Of a stretch of 64,000 nt of DNA, positions 1 to 8,927 are shown piece after piece. The position numbers were made by a program, and so were the translations under genes. Source of the stretch: a virus (lineage: Duplodnaviria > Heunggongvirae > Uroviricota > Caudoviricetes); the IMG/VR virus record IMGVR_UViG_3300033121_000168, positions 1 to 64,000 of that record; one strand, given 5' to 3'. Position 1 is the first letter of the stretch, and each line of letters starts with the position of its first letter. The notes beneath the pieces are model-generated. The model made no database searches. It saw nothing but the letters and a program-made list of their open reading frames with translations, and was not told the origin of the DNA.

Positions 1-153
1 ACAACCCTTTCCTGATTGATTAGTATTCCAAAGGCCCTGCTCTTTACAGTACTTCTTAAACGTCTTAAAATTTATTGGAAGTTTTGAAGCTGCTTCAGCC
101 ATTGACTTAGATGTATTTACTGCTATAATTAATTCTTCGATTGAAACTTTCAT
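1..153 (-). CDS. hypothetical protein, N-terminal part only (gene runs off the left edge); HTH-like N-terminus
   Basis: Minus-strand ATG at 151-153 preceded by AGGAGA RBS (rc of catatgatctcctaa); translation MKVSIEELIIAVNTSKSMAEAASKLPINFKTFKKYCKEQG...; not in the ORF track because <60 aa inside the window. Confidence 0.4.
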   Translation of the reverse strand, partial: MKVSIEELIIAVNTSKSMAEAASKLPINFKTFKKYCKEQGLWNTNQSGKGC

Positions 154-175
154 ATGATCTCCTAATTTAACAAAC

Positions 176-262
176 GCGAGTGTGCTGGAACTGGTATACA
201 GAACAAGCTTAAACCTTGTTGCCCGTAAGGGATTGAGGGTTCGAATCCCTTCACTCGCACCA
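176..262 (+). tRNA. tRNA-Leu(TAA), type II with long variable arm
   Basis: Acceptor GCGAGTG/CACTCGC, anticodon stem-loop ACAAG-CTTAAAC-CTTGT, T-arm GAGGGTTCGAATCCCTT, CCA encoded; paralogous to the tRNA at 15039. Confidence 0.75.
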
Positions 263-266
263 ATAA

Positions 267-341
267 TGGTGTGAAACTTTTATGGTGAAGTAGAAAACTT
301 TTAATTTTCAAAACAGGGTTCAAGTCCCTGCACACCAACCA
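267..341 (+). tRNA. tRNA-Lys(TTT)
   Basis: Acceptor TGGTGTG/CACACCA perfectly paired, anticodon arm GAAAA-CTTTTAA-TTTTC, T-arm CAGGGTTCAAGTCCCTG, discriminator A + CCA. Confidence 0.7.
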
Positions 342-399
342 TATTAACATGCGATTTATTTAAATCAATACTAAGGAAACTAAATGTTTGTCTCCAGAT

Positions 400-504
400 A
401 TGATTAAGAAAATACTTCAACTTTGTCATCCTGATAAACATCAAGGTAAACAAATTGCTGTAGAAGTAACTCAAATGCTACTCAAAATGAAAGGTAAGAA
501 ATGA
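400..504 (+). CDS. 34-aa microprotein with J-domain-like HPD motif (MIKKILQLCHPDKHQGKQIAVEVTQMLLKMKGKK)
   Basis: Short ORF whose TGA overlaps the ATG of the next gene (ATGA); contains CHPDKHQG resembling the DnaJ J-domain HPD helix-II/III region; far shorter than a full J domain. Confidence 0.3.
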   Translation: MIKKILQLCHPDKHQGKQIAVEVTQMLLKMKGKK

Positions 505-842
505 CTCAAAACATGTTCCAATTTGGTGATCAAAATAAATGTGAAGTTGAAGTTATTTTGAAGTATTTGGAAAGTTACCAGAGTACTGGAATGTGCTCTT
601 ATTTGAATTATTATAAAACTGGTTATGATTTCCTGAAAAGTCAAGAAGTTTTTAATAAAGACGAAGACCTTCCAGTTGAGTATCATGTTCTTACTAGCAA
701 AGGGAATACCAAGGTTAGACATCTACTTCAGGATGAATATGAAGCCCAATGGAATAAATCAGATCCTGATACACCTTATGGACAACTTCGTCGTTGGTGG
801 TGTTATAATCTTGCAGTCGCAATGAGTCAAGGAATGTGCTGA
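501..842 (+). CDS. hypothetical protein
   Basis: 113-aa ORF, start overlaps the upstream stop, first of a tightly packed plus-strand series. Confidence 0.5.
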   Translation: MTQNMFQFGDQNKCEVEVILKYLESYQSTGMCSYLNYYKTGYDFLKSQEVFNKDEDLPVEYHVLTSKGNTKVRHLLQDEYEAQWNKSDPDTPYGQLRRWWCYNLAVAMSQGMC

Positions 843-1021
843 TGTTGAAGATCTGTTTTGCTTTATTTGTACTTTCAAGTCTGTGGTATTTTTTCCACGA
901 AACTTACAAACACATGTCCTTCTATGATAAGATGCTATTGTGGAAGGTTGTTAGGAACCTTGTAGCAATTGTCTTCTTCTCTACAATGGGAGTAGACCTT
1001 TATTTTTACTTTACAAATTAA
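836..1021 (+). CDS. small hydrophobic (membrane) protein
   Basis: 61 aa, two hydrophobic segments (ICFALFVLSSLWYFF, LVAIVFFSTMGV); overlaps the upstream stop. Confidence 0.4.
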   Translation: MLMLKICFALFVLSSLWYFFHETYKHMSFYDKMLLWKVVRNLVAIVFFSTMGVDLYFYFTN

Positions 1022-1029
1022 GGATTAAC

Positions 1030-1602
1030 ATGCAAAAACGTACATTTAAAATTGGTGAAGAAGTAACTATTCGTCAACTTCCAAAAATTCTGAATAAGGA
1101 ATATAGTAATCGTCAATTTGATCACTATACAATTAATATGCTAGAAGATTCTTATGAAAATAAGGTTTTTAAAGTAGTTGCTAAGATTAAAGATAAGTGG
1201 TATAAGATTAATGATGTATCCAATAAATTTGGGAATTCTTGGTATGTTCGATACAATTGGATTACACCTGTAGAAGTTGAAGAAGGTCCAATTACTAAAA
1301 TTATTTGGAAGGCTATTACATATCTTCAAGATTATGAAGATTATAATCCAGATCGTTTAGGTGAAAAGTATTCTTCTCAATCCACATGTGATTGCCTTGA
1401 ACGAGCATACAATGATATTGCTGAACAAAACGAATATCTTTCCAATGTAAAATATGATGACGTAATGGATTTTCTTAATTCACTTGGTTTTAAGTATGCT
1501 TTCAATTCTTTCAAGGAGTATGAAGAAGGTGAAGCCCGTCAAGGTGCAAGATTTCAATGGTTGCATTTTGCGTATTGGATTGCTAAAGAAGAAGGTATCT
1601 AA
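1030..1602 (+). CDS. hypothetical protein
   Basis: 190-aa ORF with AAGGAT RBS-like sequence upstream. Confidence 0.55.
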   Translation: MQKRTFKIGEEVTIRQLPKILNKEYSNRQFDHYTINMLEDSYENKVFKVVAKIKDKWYKINDVSNKFGNSWYVRYNWITPVEVEEGPITKIIWKAITYLQDYEDYNPDRLGEKYSSQSTCDCLERAYNDIAEQNEYLSNVKYDDVMDFLNSLGFKYAFNSFKEYEEGEARQGARFQWLHFAYWIAKEEGI

Positions 1603-1637
1603 AATATATCTAGTTTATTAAACAACGAAAGGAAATC

Positions 1638-2540
1638 ATGTTTAAAAAGTGTATTAAGTTTTGTTCTATTGCTTTGATTGCAGTTTCTGCAATGTCTATT
1701 ACTGGTTGTGGTGAACGTGTTGAAGTCCCACCAGCTAACATTGGTAAAATCATGACAAATGATGGTTATCAAAAGAATACAATTCCTACATCTAAATTCC
1801 GTTTGGATTACTGCTGGAGTGTTTGTGACAAGCTGGTAACTCTGGATCAGTCAGATAAAACAGTTGTTGAAAAGGTTGTAGTTTTTATGCCAACAGATAA
1901 GCTACAATTGACTGTTCCAGTTCAAACTACTCTTGCAGTTAATCCTACTAAGGTTGATTCTTTGTTCAATACTTTGCCACCTGAAGACGATAGTGATAAT
2001 AATAAGCAAACTGCACAGATTAAGTGGGCTACTATTTATTACACGTATGCACAAAGTATCATTGCTGCTGAGACAACAAGTTTTATCAGTAAATATTCAA
2101 TTGCTGAACTGTCGTCTAATTTGGAACAAATTAATGCTGAATTGCGCAAGCATTTGACTAATACCATTGCACAACGAACACCTTTTAATGCTCGATATGT
2201 TGGAATTTCTCAGATTCAATATCCTGAGATTATTACTAAGGCTCAAGAAGGGGCAGCACAAAGGCGAGAACAGATTCAAACAGAAGAAGCTCAACTTGAG
2301 ATTAGTAAAGTAAAGCTTGAACGTGAATTGCAAGAAGCACGTTTGACTCGTCAGATTGAAATTGAAAAGTCTCAAACTACTGCAGCAGCGAACCGCGTCC
2401 AAGCTGAAACTATTACTTCTGCTGTGCTAGAAAAGCAACGTCTTGACAATCAAGCAGCATGGATTGAAAAGTGGAATGGTATTCTCCCTGGCAATGTAAC
2501 TGCTGATGTTTTTGCTGGCTTTAATAAGGCTCCTAAGTAA
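1638..2540 (+). CDS. putative lipoprotein with coiled-coil, SPFH/band-7-like C-terminal region
   Basis: Signal peptide plus lipobox (AMSITGC), long Q/E/R-rich coiled coil, C-terminal WIEKWNGILP resembling the WDGKLP end of HflK/C-type SPFH proteins. Confidence 0.5.
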   Translation: MFKKCIKFCSIALIAVSAMSITGCGERVEVPPANIGKIMTNDGYQKNTIPTSKFRLDYCWSVCDKLVTLDQSDKTVVEKVVVFMPTDKLQLTVPVQTTLAVNPTKVDSLFNTLPPEDDSDNNKQTAQIKWATIYYTYAQSIIAAETTSFISKYSIAELSSNLEQINAELRKHLTNTIAQRTPFNARYVGISQIQYPEIITKAQEGAAQRREQIQTEEAQLEISKVKLERELQEARLTRQIEIEKSQTTAAANRVQAETITSAVLEKQRLDNQAAWIEKWNGILPGNVTADVFAGFNKAPK

Positions 2541-2884
2541 TGAATTACTTGATTGATTTTGTAATTGCATATCCAGCTTGGAATCTTGCACTTCTTTCTC
2601 TTTCACTTTATTCATATATTACATGCAAAAGTAAAGAAACAGAGAATTTTAGTAAATATGCAATGTTGGTAACTCTAATTGTAGGTATTTTAGTTACTTT
2701 CAACTCTGCATTGATTAAGCCTAAAACGCACGTAGAGCCTTTTAAGCCTTCAGAGGTAGTAACCCATCAGATGGATGAAGAAGTCGCTTCTAAGCCCTTT
2801 ACAGACCGTTTGAGCAAGCCTAAGGAATCAAAGCTGAATGAATCCTTGACCTTCAAACAAGAAGTGCAAAAATACAACAAATAA
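2540..2884 (+). CDS. membrane protein (2 TM)
   Basis: ATG overlaps upstream TAA (TAATGA); two hydrophobic helices. Confidence 0.5.
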   Translation: MNYLIDFVIAYPAWNLALLSLSLYSYITCKSKETENFSKYAMLVTLIVGILVTFNSALIKPKTHVEPFKPSEVVTHQMDEEVASKPFTDRLSKPKESKLNESLTFKQEVQKYNK

Positions 2885-2892
2885 CCAACTGA

Positions 2893-2933
2893 GGTCAAGG
2901 GTCTTTAAATAGTCTCTTGACCTTTTTCTTTTT
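2893..2933 (+). terminator. rho-independent terminator
   Basis: GGTCAAG...CTTGACC hairpin followed by TTTTTCTTTTT. Confidence 0.7.
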
Positions 2934-2973
2934 CTAAAGCATACTTCTTGCATCGAGTTAATAGGAGATACGA

Positions 2974-3285
2974 ATGGAAAAGAAACTTGAATTTTGGATC
3001 TACTCTCTTTACCGAAAAGAGTTTCAAGAAAACTGGAATAAGATTGATGATAATGGTAATCCTGAAATTGAAGCAGTAGATGTTCTTGTATACGAAAGAG
3101 TCATCAATGATCCATCGGATAACCTGTGTATTGGCGGTATTGGTATTGATGGTAAATATTATCAGTTTGATTCATATGAAGCGTATCATGCTGCAAACTG
3201 GTTTGCTGAACGTGAAAGTGTTCATGGACTTAGAGTTGAATCTGTAAAAGTTTCAGTAGACCGAAATAACCTAATAATTCTGTAA
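2974..3285 (+). CDS. hypothetical protein
   Basis: 103-aa ORF, GGAGATA RBS. Confidence 0.5.
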   Translation: MEKKLEFWIYSLYRKEFQENWNKIDDNGNPEIEAVDVLVYERVINDPSDNLCIGGIGIDGKYYQFDSYEAYHAANWFAERESVHGLRVESVKVSVDRNNLIIL

Positions 3286-3308
3286 AATTCAGATCTAGAG
3301 GAGTAAAT

Positions 3309-3512
3309 ATGAAGTCAGAACGTATTATTGAAAGTAAATACGAAATTGCTGAAGTTGATGGTAGATTCTGTCTACGAATTCAAGTATTAGCATATAATGT
3401 ACTTAGAGATGACACCTACTGGGTAACTGTGCATTGGAAATATTATCATACAATTGATAAAGCAAAACGAGTCCAAACTGAATTCTACAAAACACACAAC
3501 CTTACTGAATAA
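3309..3512 (+). CDS. hypothetical protein
   Basis: 67-aa ORF, GGAG RBS. Confidence 0.45.
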   Translation: MKSERIIESKYEIAEVDGRFCLRIQVLAYNVLRDDTYWVTVHWKYYHTIDKAKRVQTEFYKTHNLTE

Positions 3513-3546
3513 TTCTGTAAAATTCAGATCTAGATTTTGGAAATTT

Positions 3547-3723
3547 ATGCAATACAAAAAAGGTAAAGTACCAAAAGGTCATAATTTTTCTGGTAGACTT
3601 CTTTTAGGCAGATGGAGTTATTGTAAAAAATGTCTAATCGTAAACCTAAACAATAAAGCTAGTCGAAAGAAAGTAGAACAAGCTTGTAGAGGTGATAAAT
3701 ATGATGATTATGAATTGGATTAA
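3547..3723 (+). CDS. hypothetical small basic protein
   Basis: Internal ATG of the 3454-3723 ORF; the listed upstream part overlaps the intergenic repeat. Confidence 0.35.
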   Translation: MQYKKGKVPKGHNFSGRLLLGRWSYCKKCLIVNLNNKASRKKVEQACRGDKYDDYELD

Positions 3724-3725
3724 AC

Positions 3726-3941
3726 ATGAATATCCTAACTAGAAACGAAGTATTTGAATCATATTCTGAAGCTGAAAAATATGCTTCTGGGATGATGACA
3801 TTTGAGCAAATTGTTGAAGTCTATAGAGATTTATCTATTGCAGAAAAACAACAGTTTGCAGTCTATAAAGTACAAATCCTTGGTGGATATGATACAATGC
3901 TATTTACACGCTACGAAGTTGTTAAATCTGAAAGGAACTAA
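3726..3941 (+). CDS. hypothetical protein
   Basis: 71-aa ORF immediately after the previous stop. Confidence 0.45.
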   Translation: MNILTRNEVFESYSEAEKYASGMMTFEQIVEVYRDLSIAEKQQFAVYKVQILGGYDTMLFTRYEVVKSERN

Positions 3942-4081
3942 TACAATTACTGCAATTGACAATACACCAAAATCCGAACAATCCTGTCAAAAATCGTGTA
4001 GAATCCTAGAAATTATATAAGAAATTTCTACAGATTTATAGAATTAGATTAACAAGATATCAAATACTTAAAGGAATTAAG

Positions 4082-4681
4082 ATGCAAGAATATGTTCGTA
4101 AAGATCGTAATGGTAATGAGTTGAAGGTTGGGGATAAGGTTAACCAAATTGAAGATGAGGTAATTGTTGGTTCAGGTAAAGTAAAACCACCGCAATATAC
4201 TTACCCATGGGCACATGAAGGAGATATTGTCTGGATTGAATGGGAAACTGCTACTCATGAATTTGAAGATAACATTGGTCAAATTGTGCAATGGCGGCTC
4301 GATGACACTGAACACGTAGAGAAGATTGATACCAAACAAGAATTTAACAAGCCCACACCTCATCCTCATGCAGAACTGATTAAACTGTGGGCTGATGATT
4401 TCACTATCAAGTTTCAGTACAAGTTTAAAGATTCTGTTGTTTGGAATGATCTAAATGCAGACCCAGTTTGGAATAAAACTTTAGAATATCGAGTCAAACC
4501 AAAAGAAAAGAAGTTTGTTGATAAGTATTATTATACTTGTGAAAATCAACATGGAGTGGTTTTTGTAACTGATGACAAATATTCAGATAATGAATGGGAG
4601 TCTTTTATTAAAGAACAAAACATCACTCAATATGTCCGACTAGATTTCAGTCTTACCAAGGTAGAAGTTAAAGAAGATTAA
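4082..4681 (+). CDS. hypothetical protein
   Basis: 199-aa ORF, AAGGAAT RBS, preceded by a 140-bp intergenic region with inverted repeats. Confidence 0.55.
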   Translation: MQEYVRKDRNGNELKVGDKVNQIEDEVIVGSGKVKPPQYTYPWAHEGDIVWIEWETATHEFEDNIGQIVQWRLDDTEHVEKIDTKQEFNKPTPHPHAELIKLWADDFTIKFQYKFKDSVVWNDLNADPVWNKTLEYRVKPKEKKFVDKYYYTCENQHGVVFVTDDKYSDNEWESFIKEQNITQYVRLDFSLTKVEVKED

Positions 4682-4682
4682 T

Positions 4683-4883
4683 ATGTATCACAAAACTCAT
4701 CATGGAAATGCCATTGGTACAATTGAAGTAACTGCAAGTGAAGTTAGAACACTATTGAAATTGCTTGATGTGATCAAATCTAATCCTGACAATAAGTTTG
4801 AGGTTGATCATGTGATCTGGAATAGAACTGTTTGGGAGTTAAATGAAAATCTAATTGAACTTGAAAAACGGTTAATTGGTTGA
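4683..4883 (+). CDS. hypothetical protein
   Basis: 66 aa, start 2 nt after the upstream stop. Confidence 0.45.
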   Translation: MYHKTHHGNAIGTIEVTASEVRTLLKLLDVIKSNPDNKFEVDHVIWNRTVWELNENLIELEKRLIG

Positions 4884-4898
4884 AATAGAATTTAAATC

Positions 4899-4947
4899 AA
4901 AAGCCCAGATCTGGATTAAATATCTGGAATGGGCTTTATTCTTTTTC
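4899..4947 (+). terminator. rho-independent terminator (long hairpin)
   Basis: AAAAGCCCAGATCTGG...CCAGAATGGGCTTT hairpin followed by ATTCTTTTT. Confidence 0.7.
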
Positions 4948-5141
4948 AGAACTCAAAAGTAAAATTTCAAGCTTGAAAAGTTTTTTAACAAAAGCCCAGA
5001 TCGAAAATGCCCTATCCTCAAAACGTAAATAAGCCAGGAAATTGTTGATAACGCATTACGAATAACGGAGAGCGTTAACCGGATAAAATTAACCAGTAAT
5101 AAATAACCATTTAACGATAAATATTAAATAAGGGGAAATAA

Positions 5142-5366
5142 ATGCACTGTCGTATCACTAAACCAAAAGGGTTACAGACTAACCCGCAAAAGCGCAACTC
5201 AATTAATAAATGCTTTGAGATTAATAAGATATATTCACATCTGAACATTAATCATTATATATTAAATGGGAGTCCTTTTATTTGGACTGAATCCGAAATT
5301 GAACTTGTTACACCAGACCAATTTAACGTTTCACATTTAACATATGAATTTACAACTAGAGACTAA
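5142..5366 (+). CDS. hypothetical protein
   Basis: 74-aa ORF with GGGG RBS, inside an otherwise non-coding repeat-rich region. Confidence 0.3.
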   Translation: MHCRITKPKGLQTNPQKRNSINKCFEINKIYSHLNINHYILNGSPFIWTESEIELVTPDQFNVSHLTYEFTTRD

Positions 5367-5836
5367 GCAAGCTCTGTGCCTACATATGTAGGGTTTCTAC
5401 TCAGTTTTGATCAATCTAGGGTTTATCCTAACTTAGACTGAATTGTCACTAAATGACGAATCCTCAGGAATGCCCTTAAAACGCTCTACAATCGATTTTC
5501 ACCCCTTGCCTATAGTCTGGTCTCAAAAAATATAGTTCTCGCAACATGGAGCTATCCTCAGGTTCTAAACATGGGTTTACATAGACAAAAATCCAGACTT
5601 ATCCACATGTTGTAAAATAATAACAAAGTATTTTACTAGGGTTTGTGTTTTGTGTTACGCGTGCATGCGTGTCTAGATCTAGGGACGGGTTTTCAATAGC
5701 GTTACAAATTATTACAGTTTGTTGTAACAAAACAACGGAATTCTGTGCATAATGGGAACCAATGCAGCAATGCAGACGACACAGGAAAAACATGATACTA
5801 CGTCAAGCCCTCACACAAACCAAAGGAAGTGATTAA

Positions 5837-6049
5837 ATGGAATACCCTAAAGAATACGACATTATCAAAGTAAATGGTGTGGTTCCCGACTGGGTTGATG
5901 ATTTTGACAAAGCCCATTTCATCTCGCCCGATGACTACTGGGTAATTGACTTGACTGATGAAAACGTCAGTGTTCAATTTTTCAAGCTGATCGAAATCAA
6001 CCAGCCCCCGTTACTTTCAACCAACGCTAAACGGACCACATCATGCTGA
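5837..6049 (+). CDS. hypothetical protein (first gene of the higher-GC island)
   Basis: 70 aa, AAGGAAG RBS; local GC clearly above the window average. Confidence 0.45.
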   Translation: MEYPKEYDIIKVNGVVPDWVDDFDKAHFISPDDYWVIDLTDENVSVQFFKLIEINQPPLLSTNAKRTTSC

Positions 6050-6345
6050 CAATTGAACAATTGACTTCTGTCAAATCTCAAATGACCCTCAAAGGGGCTG
6101 CAATCACTGCTAAAATTGTAGCTGATGCGGTACGGCTCAAAATGCGGGCTGACATTGAGAACCCGGCGGGAACCTGCTCACTGTCCGGTTTTCTGCCCCT
6201 CGCCATAAATCTACATTTTAATGAACTAGCAGACAGCCTAGACAATAATTGTCCGCACTACCCCGACGACGTGGACACAATCGACACATTGCGCGATCAG
6301 GTGGCACAGAATATGCGTGAACTGGGTTTTGATTTTGAGGCATAA
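6043..6345 (+). CDS. hypothetical protein
   Basis: 100 aa, overlapping start. Confidence 0.45.
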   Translation: MLTIEQLTSVKSQMTLKGAAITAKIVADAVRLKMRADIENPAGTCSLSGFLPLAINLHFNELADSLDNNCPHYPDDVDTIDTLRDQVAQNMRELGFDFEA

Positions 6346-6346
6346 T

Positions 6347-6538
6347 ATGAAAAACGAACATGATGCAAACTTGGGCCTCACCCCTCAAACTGTCCCAAGC
6401 TGGATGCACCCCTCGAAACACGTTTACAAGCCCCTCAAGGCTCAAACAAAGGGCCGGGAATACTTGGGGGCTATCGTGATCGGTTTGATTATTGCAGCCC
6501 CTTTTATCGTTCAAACAATTACCGATTACACGAAGTAA
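6347..6538 (+). CDS. small membrane protein
   Basis: ATG at 6347 (internal to the listed 6317-6538 ORF), C-terminal TM segment GAIVIGLIIAAPFIV. Confidence 0.4.
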   Translation: MKNEHDANLGLTPQTVPSWMHPSKHVYKPLKAQTKGREYLGAIVIGLIIAAPFIVQTITDYTK

Positions 6539-6546
6539 GGATACAA

Positions 6547-6753
6547 ATGCCCAAAATCAATATGATGCAAAACGAAGCCGATTTTATGGCATCGGTTAAT
6601 CAAGCCTTGCAAAAGGTTCACAACAAGGCTTTGCAGCATCGCCGCAGTTTCGAGGAATTGTCACGCCCAGATTATTGGAAGGAACAACAAGCCAGAAAGA
6701 ATAACCCGCGTGTTAAATCATATGATGCGCTTGCAGATTATGTCCTCGTCTAA
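6547..6753 (+). CDS. hypothetical protein
   Basis: 68 aa, AAGGAT RBS. Confidence 0.4.
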   Translation: MPKINMMQNEADFMASVNQALQKVHNKALQHRRSFEELSRPDYWKEQQARKNNPRVKSYDALADYVLV

Positions 6754-6770
6754 TTGACCATATCGGAAAG

Positions 6771-7130
6771 GTGACAAAAGAAACCTATTCTGTCCGCATC
6801 AAATACTTGCAAGATAAAATCAAATTCTTTCAAGATCAACTGAACCAACAAAAGGAAACCAAAACAGTGCAAGAAGACAAAAAGACAAAACGTATCCCCA
6901 TTGGTCGAAAGTATCAAAAAACAATCGATACTAGTGGGTGGTCTAACGAACAATTCAATAGTTTACATCGTGGACAATGGGTCAAAAACTTTGGTGCAAC
7001 TGGGCAATTCTTGGGCATTACCGCAAGGGGCACAGTCACGGTCAACTACAAGCAAACCGAGGATAAGCGCAAGCAATATGCCGCGAATCAGCCCTTGCGC
7101 AAGTTCGTCATTTTACACGGGGGGAAGTAA
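6771..7130 (+). CDS. hypothetical basic protein (GTG start)
   Basis: 119 aa, Lys/Gln-rich. Confidence 0.4.
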   Translation: MTKETYSVRIKYLQDKIKFFQDQLNQQKETKTVQEDKKTKRIPIGRKYQKTIDTSGWSNEQFNSLHRGQWVKNFGATGQFLGITARGTVTVNYKQTEDKRKQYAANQPLRKFVILHGGK

Positions 7131-7135
7131 ATAAA

Positions 7136-7306
7136 TGAACCAACAGATCTACAGGGTTATCATGTTCTCAGTAACATGCCCTAGCGAAAAGTCTAATATG
7201 GGCGTTTATAAGACATACCATGATGCAGAAATGGCGATTCTAAAATTTAAACAGGATTACTCAGATAGCATGCTGTTTGAGATTGAAGAAGATTATTTCG
7301 GATAAT
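7136..7306 (+). CDS. hypothetical small protein (56 aa)
   Basis: ATG after TAAATAA, MNQQIYRVIMFSV...; below the ORF-track cutoff. Confidence 0.3.
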
Positions 7307-7382
7307 AAGGCTTTAACCCTTAGCCCCTGATAATATCGGGGGTTTTGGTTAGATTCTTTTGACCCTTAATTCAAGGTTATTT

Positions 7383-7835
7383 ATGTCACATTTTACAGAA
7401 TCCGAACTTCGTGCTATTACCAAAGCGAAAAATATCCTCTATCGTGCGATGAAATCAGGGCCCGTTTTCAATTCTCCTCAAGTCGTAAAAGATTATTTAC
7501 AATTGCAGATTGGGCACCTGGAGCGCGAGGTTTTCGGGGTGTTGTATCTTGATGCACAAAATAGACTAATTGATTTTGTGATTGAGTTTCACGGCACCCT
7601 CACGCAAACAAGCGTCTACCCGCGTGAGATTGTTAAACGGGCGATTGCTCTAAACGCAGCTAGCACAATCCTTACACACAATCACCCATCGGGTTTATTG
7701 GAGCCATCAAGGGCTGACGAACTATTGACTCAAACCCTAAAATCTAGCCTATCCCTTGTTGATGTTAGGGTTTTGGATCACATGATTGTCGGCGTTTCGG
7801 GGGCAGTATCTTTTGCTGAAAAGGGGTTAATTTAA
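7383..7835 (+). CDS. radC: RadC-like JAB/MPN domain protein
   Basis: Translation carries the RadC signature: ...[40 protein letters not shown]... (HNHPSG...PS..D JAB motif). Confidence 0.8.
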   Translation: MSHFTESELRAITKAKNILYRAMKSGPVFNSPQVVKDYLQLQIGHLEREVFGVLYLDAQNRLIDFVIEFHGTLTQTSVYPREIVKRAIALNAASTILTHNHPSGLLEPSRADELLTQTLKSSLSLVDVRVLDHMIVGVSGAVSFAEKGLI

Positions 7836-7836
7836 T

Positions 7837-8040
7837 ATGCAAGTCAAAGAGTACGAAACCGATTGTTTTGGTGTAACAGCTAGAATATCAACAATCGGCA
7901 ATTCTAAATATGTGGACATCTGCAGTCGCATCCATGTCAAAACAGAACATAGGCTCCCACATAGTTACGCCATAACATGGTCAGACTATCAGATTCTAAG
8001 GGATTCAGATTTTCTGAAATATCTGAGCCGCTACAGGTAA
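7837..8040 (+). CDS. hypothetical protein
   Basis: 67 aa, start 2 nt after the RadC stop. Confidence 0.45.
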   Translation: MQVKEYETDCFGVTARISTIGNSKYVDICSRIHVKTEHRLPHSYAITWSDYQILRDSDFLKYLSRYR

Positions 8041-8177
8041 ACCAAAATGCAATGTCGAATCAAAACCATCGAAACAGTGCTAGACCTAGTGAAAACAGGC
8101 ATCTAGCACCTACCCCTAACCCTATCCATTTCAATTGATCCTAGGCCCTTCCAGGGGCCTTACCGGAGGTTTAACCA

Positions 8178-8927
8178 ATGCCCGGATTTATCATTTATCA
8201 AGGCCCTAGCCTTATCGACGGAAAACCGATTGTTGTCATTTATTTGGCAGGATCGGATAACGTCAAAACTGGTAACATGGCTCAAACCTATATTCTCAGG
8301 GCTGATATTAACCCCCTCTCGGCGTCACGACATGGTGACGATTACTCAATATGTGGAGACTGCAAGCATAGGGGCACCCCTAACCCAGCAAAATCTAAGG
8401 GTTGGGCCGATAATAGGGCCTGCTATGTTAACCTGATACATGGCCCCAATCAGGTTTATAAGGCATTCAAGGCAGGCAAGTACCCCTCAGCACAAAGTCT
8501 AACTATTCTAGGGTGTGACCATATTATCCGGATAGGTTCATATGGTGATCCCCTTGCAGTGCCGCATTATGTATGGGCAAGCCTCACCCTTAAGGCTAAA
8601 ACATGGACAGGCTACACCCACCAATCAGAAACTAACCCCGATAATCGCACAATCAATTTGTGCATGATCTCAGTCGATAATAAGGACGAATATCATCGAG
8701 CACAGTCTAAGGGTTTTAGAACCTTCCGCATTATCCCTTATCAGGAATATCAGGATTTCGGACATAATAGCCTTATGCCAAACGAGATACTATGCCCGGC
8801 TAGTAAAGAGGCTAATATTGAAAAGAGTATCACATGCTCAGATTGTAGTTTGTGCAAGGGTCAAACTATTAAGGCGAAGTCGATAGCTATTGTGGCTCAC
8901 GGCACTGGACGCAAGCATATTACCTAA
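8178..8927 (+). CDS. cysteine-rich hypothetical protein
   Basis: 249 aa, GGAGG RBS; CGDCKHRG and CSDCSLCKG clusters suggest a metal-binding protein; last gene of the island. Confidence 0.5.
   Translation: MPGFIIYQGPSLIDGKPIVVIYLAGSDNVKTGNMAQTYILRADINPLSASRHGDDYSICGDCKHRGTPNPAKSKGWADNRACYVNLIHGPNQVYKAFKAGKYPSAQSLTILGCDHIIRIGSYGDPLAVPHYVWASLTLKAKTWTGYTHQSETNPDNRTINLCMISVDNKDEYHRAQSKGFRTFRIIPYQEYQDFGHNSLMPNEILCPASKEANIEKSITCSDCSLCKGQTIKAKSIAIVAHGTGRKHIT

Noticed and set aside
162-350. 62-aa minus-strand ORF
   Set aside because: Lies antisense across two well-formed tRNA genes (176-262, 267-341); no RBS
1933-2615. Alternate-frame ORFs 1933-2157 +, 2097-2402 -, 2427-2615 -
   Set aside because: They overlap the better-supported lipoprotein gene 1638-2540 and have low-complexity translations
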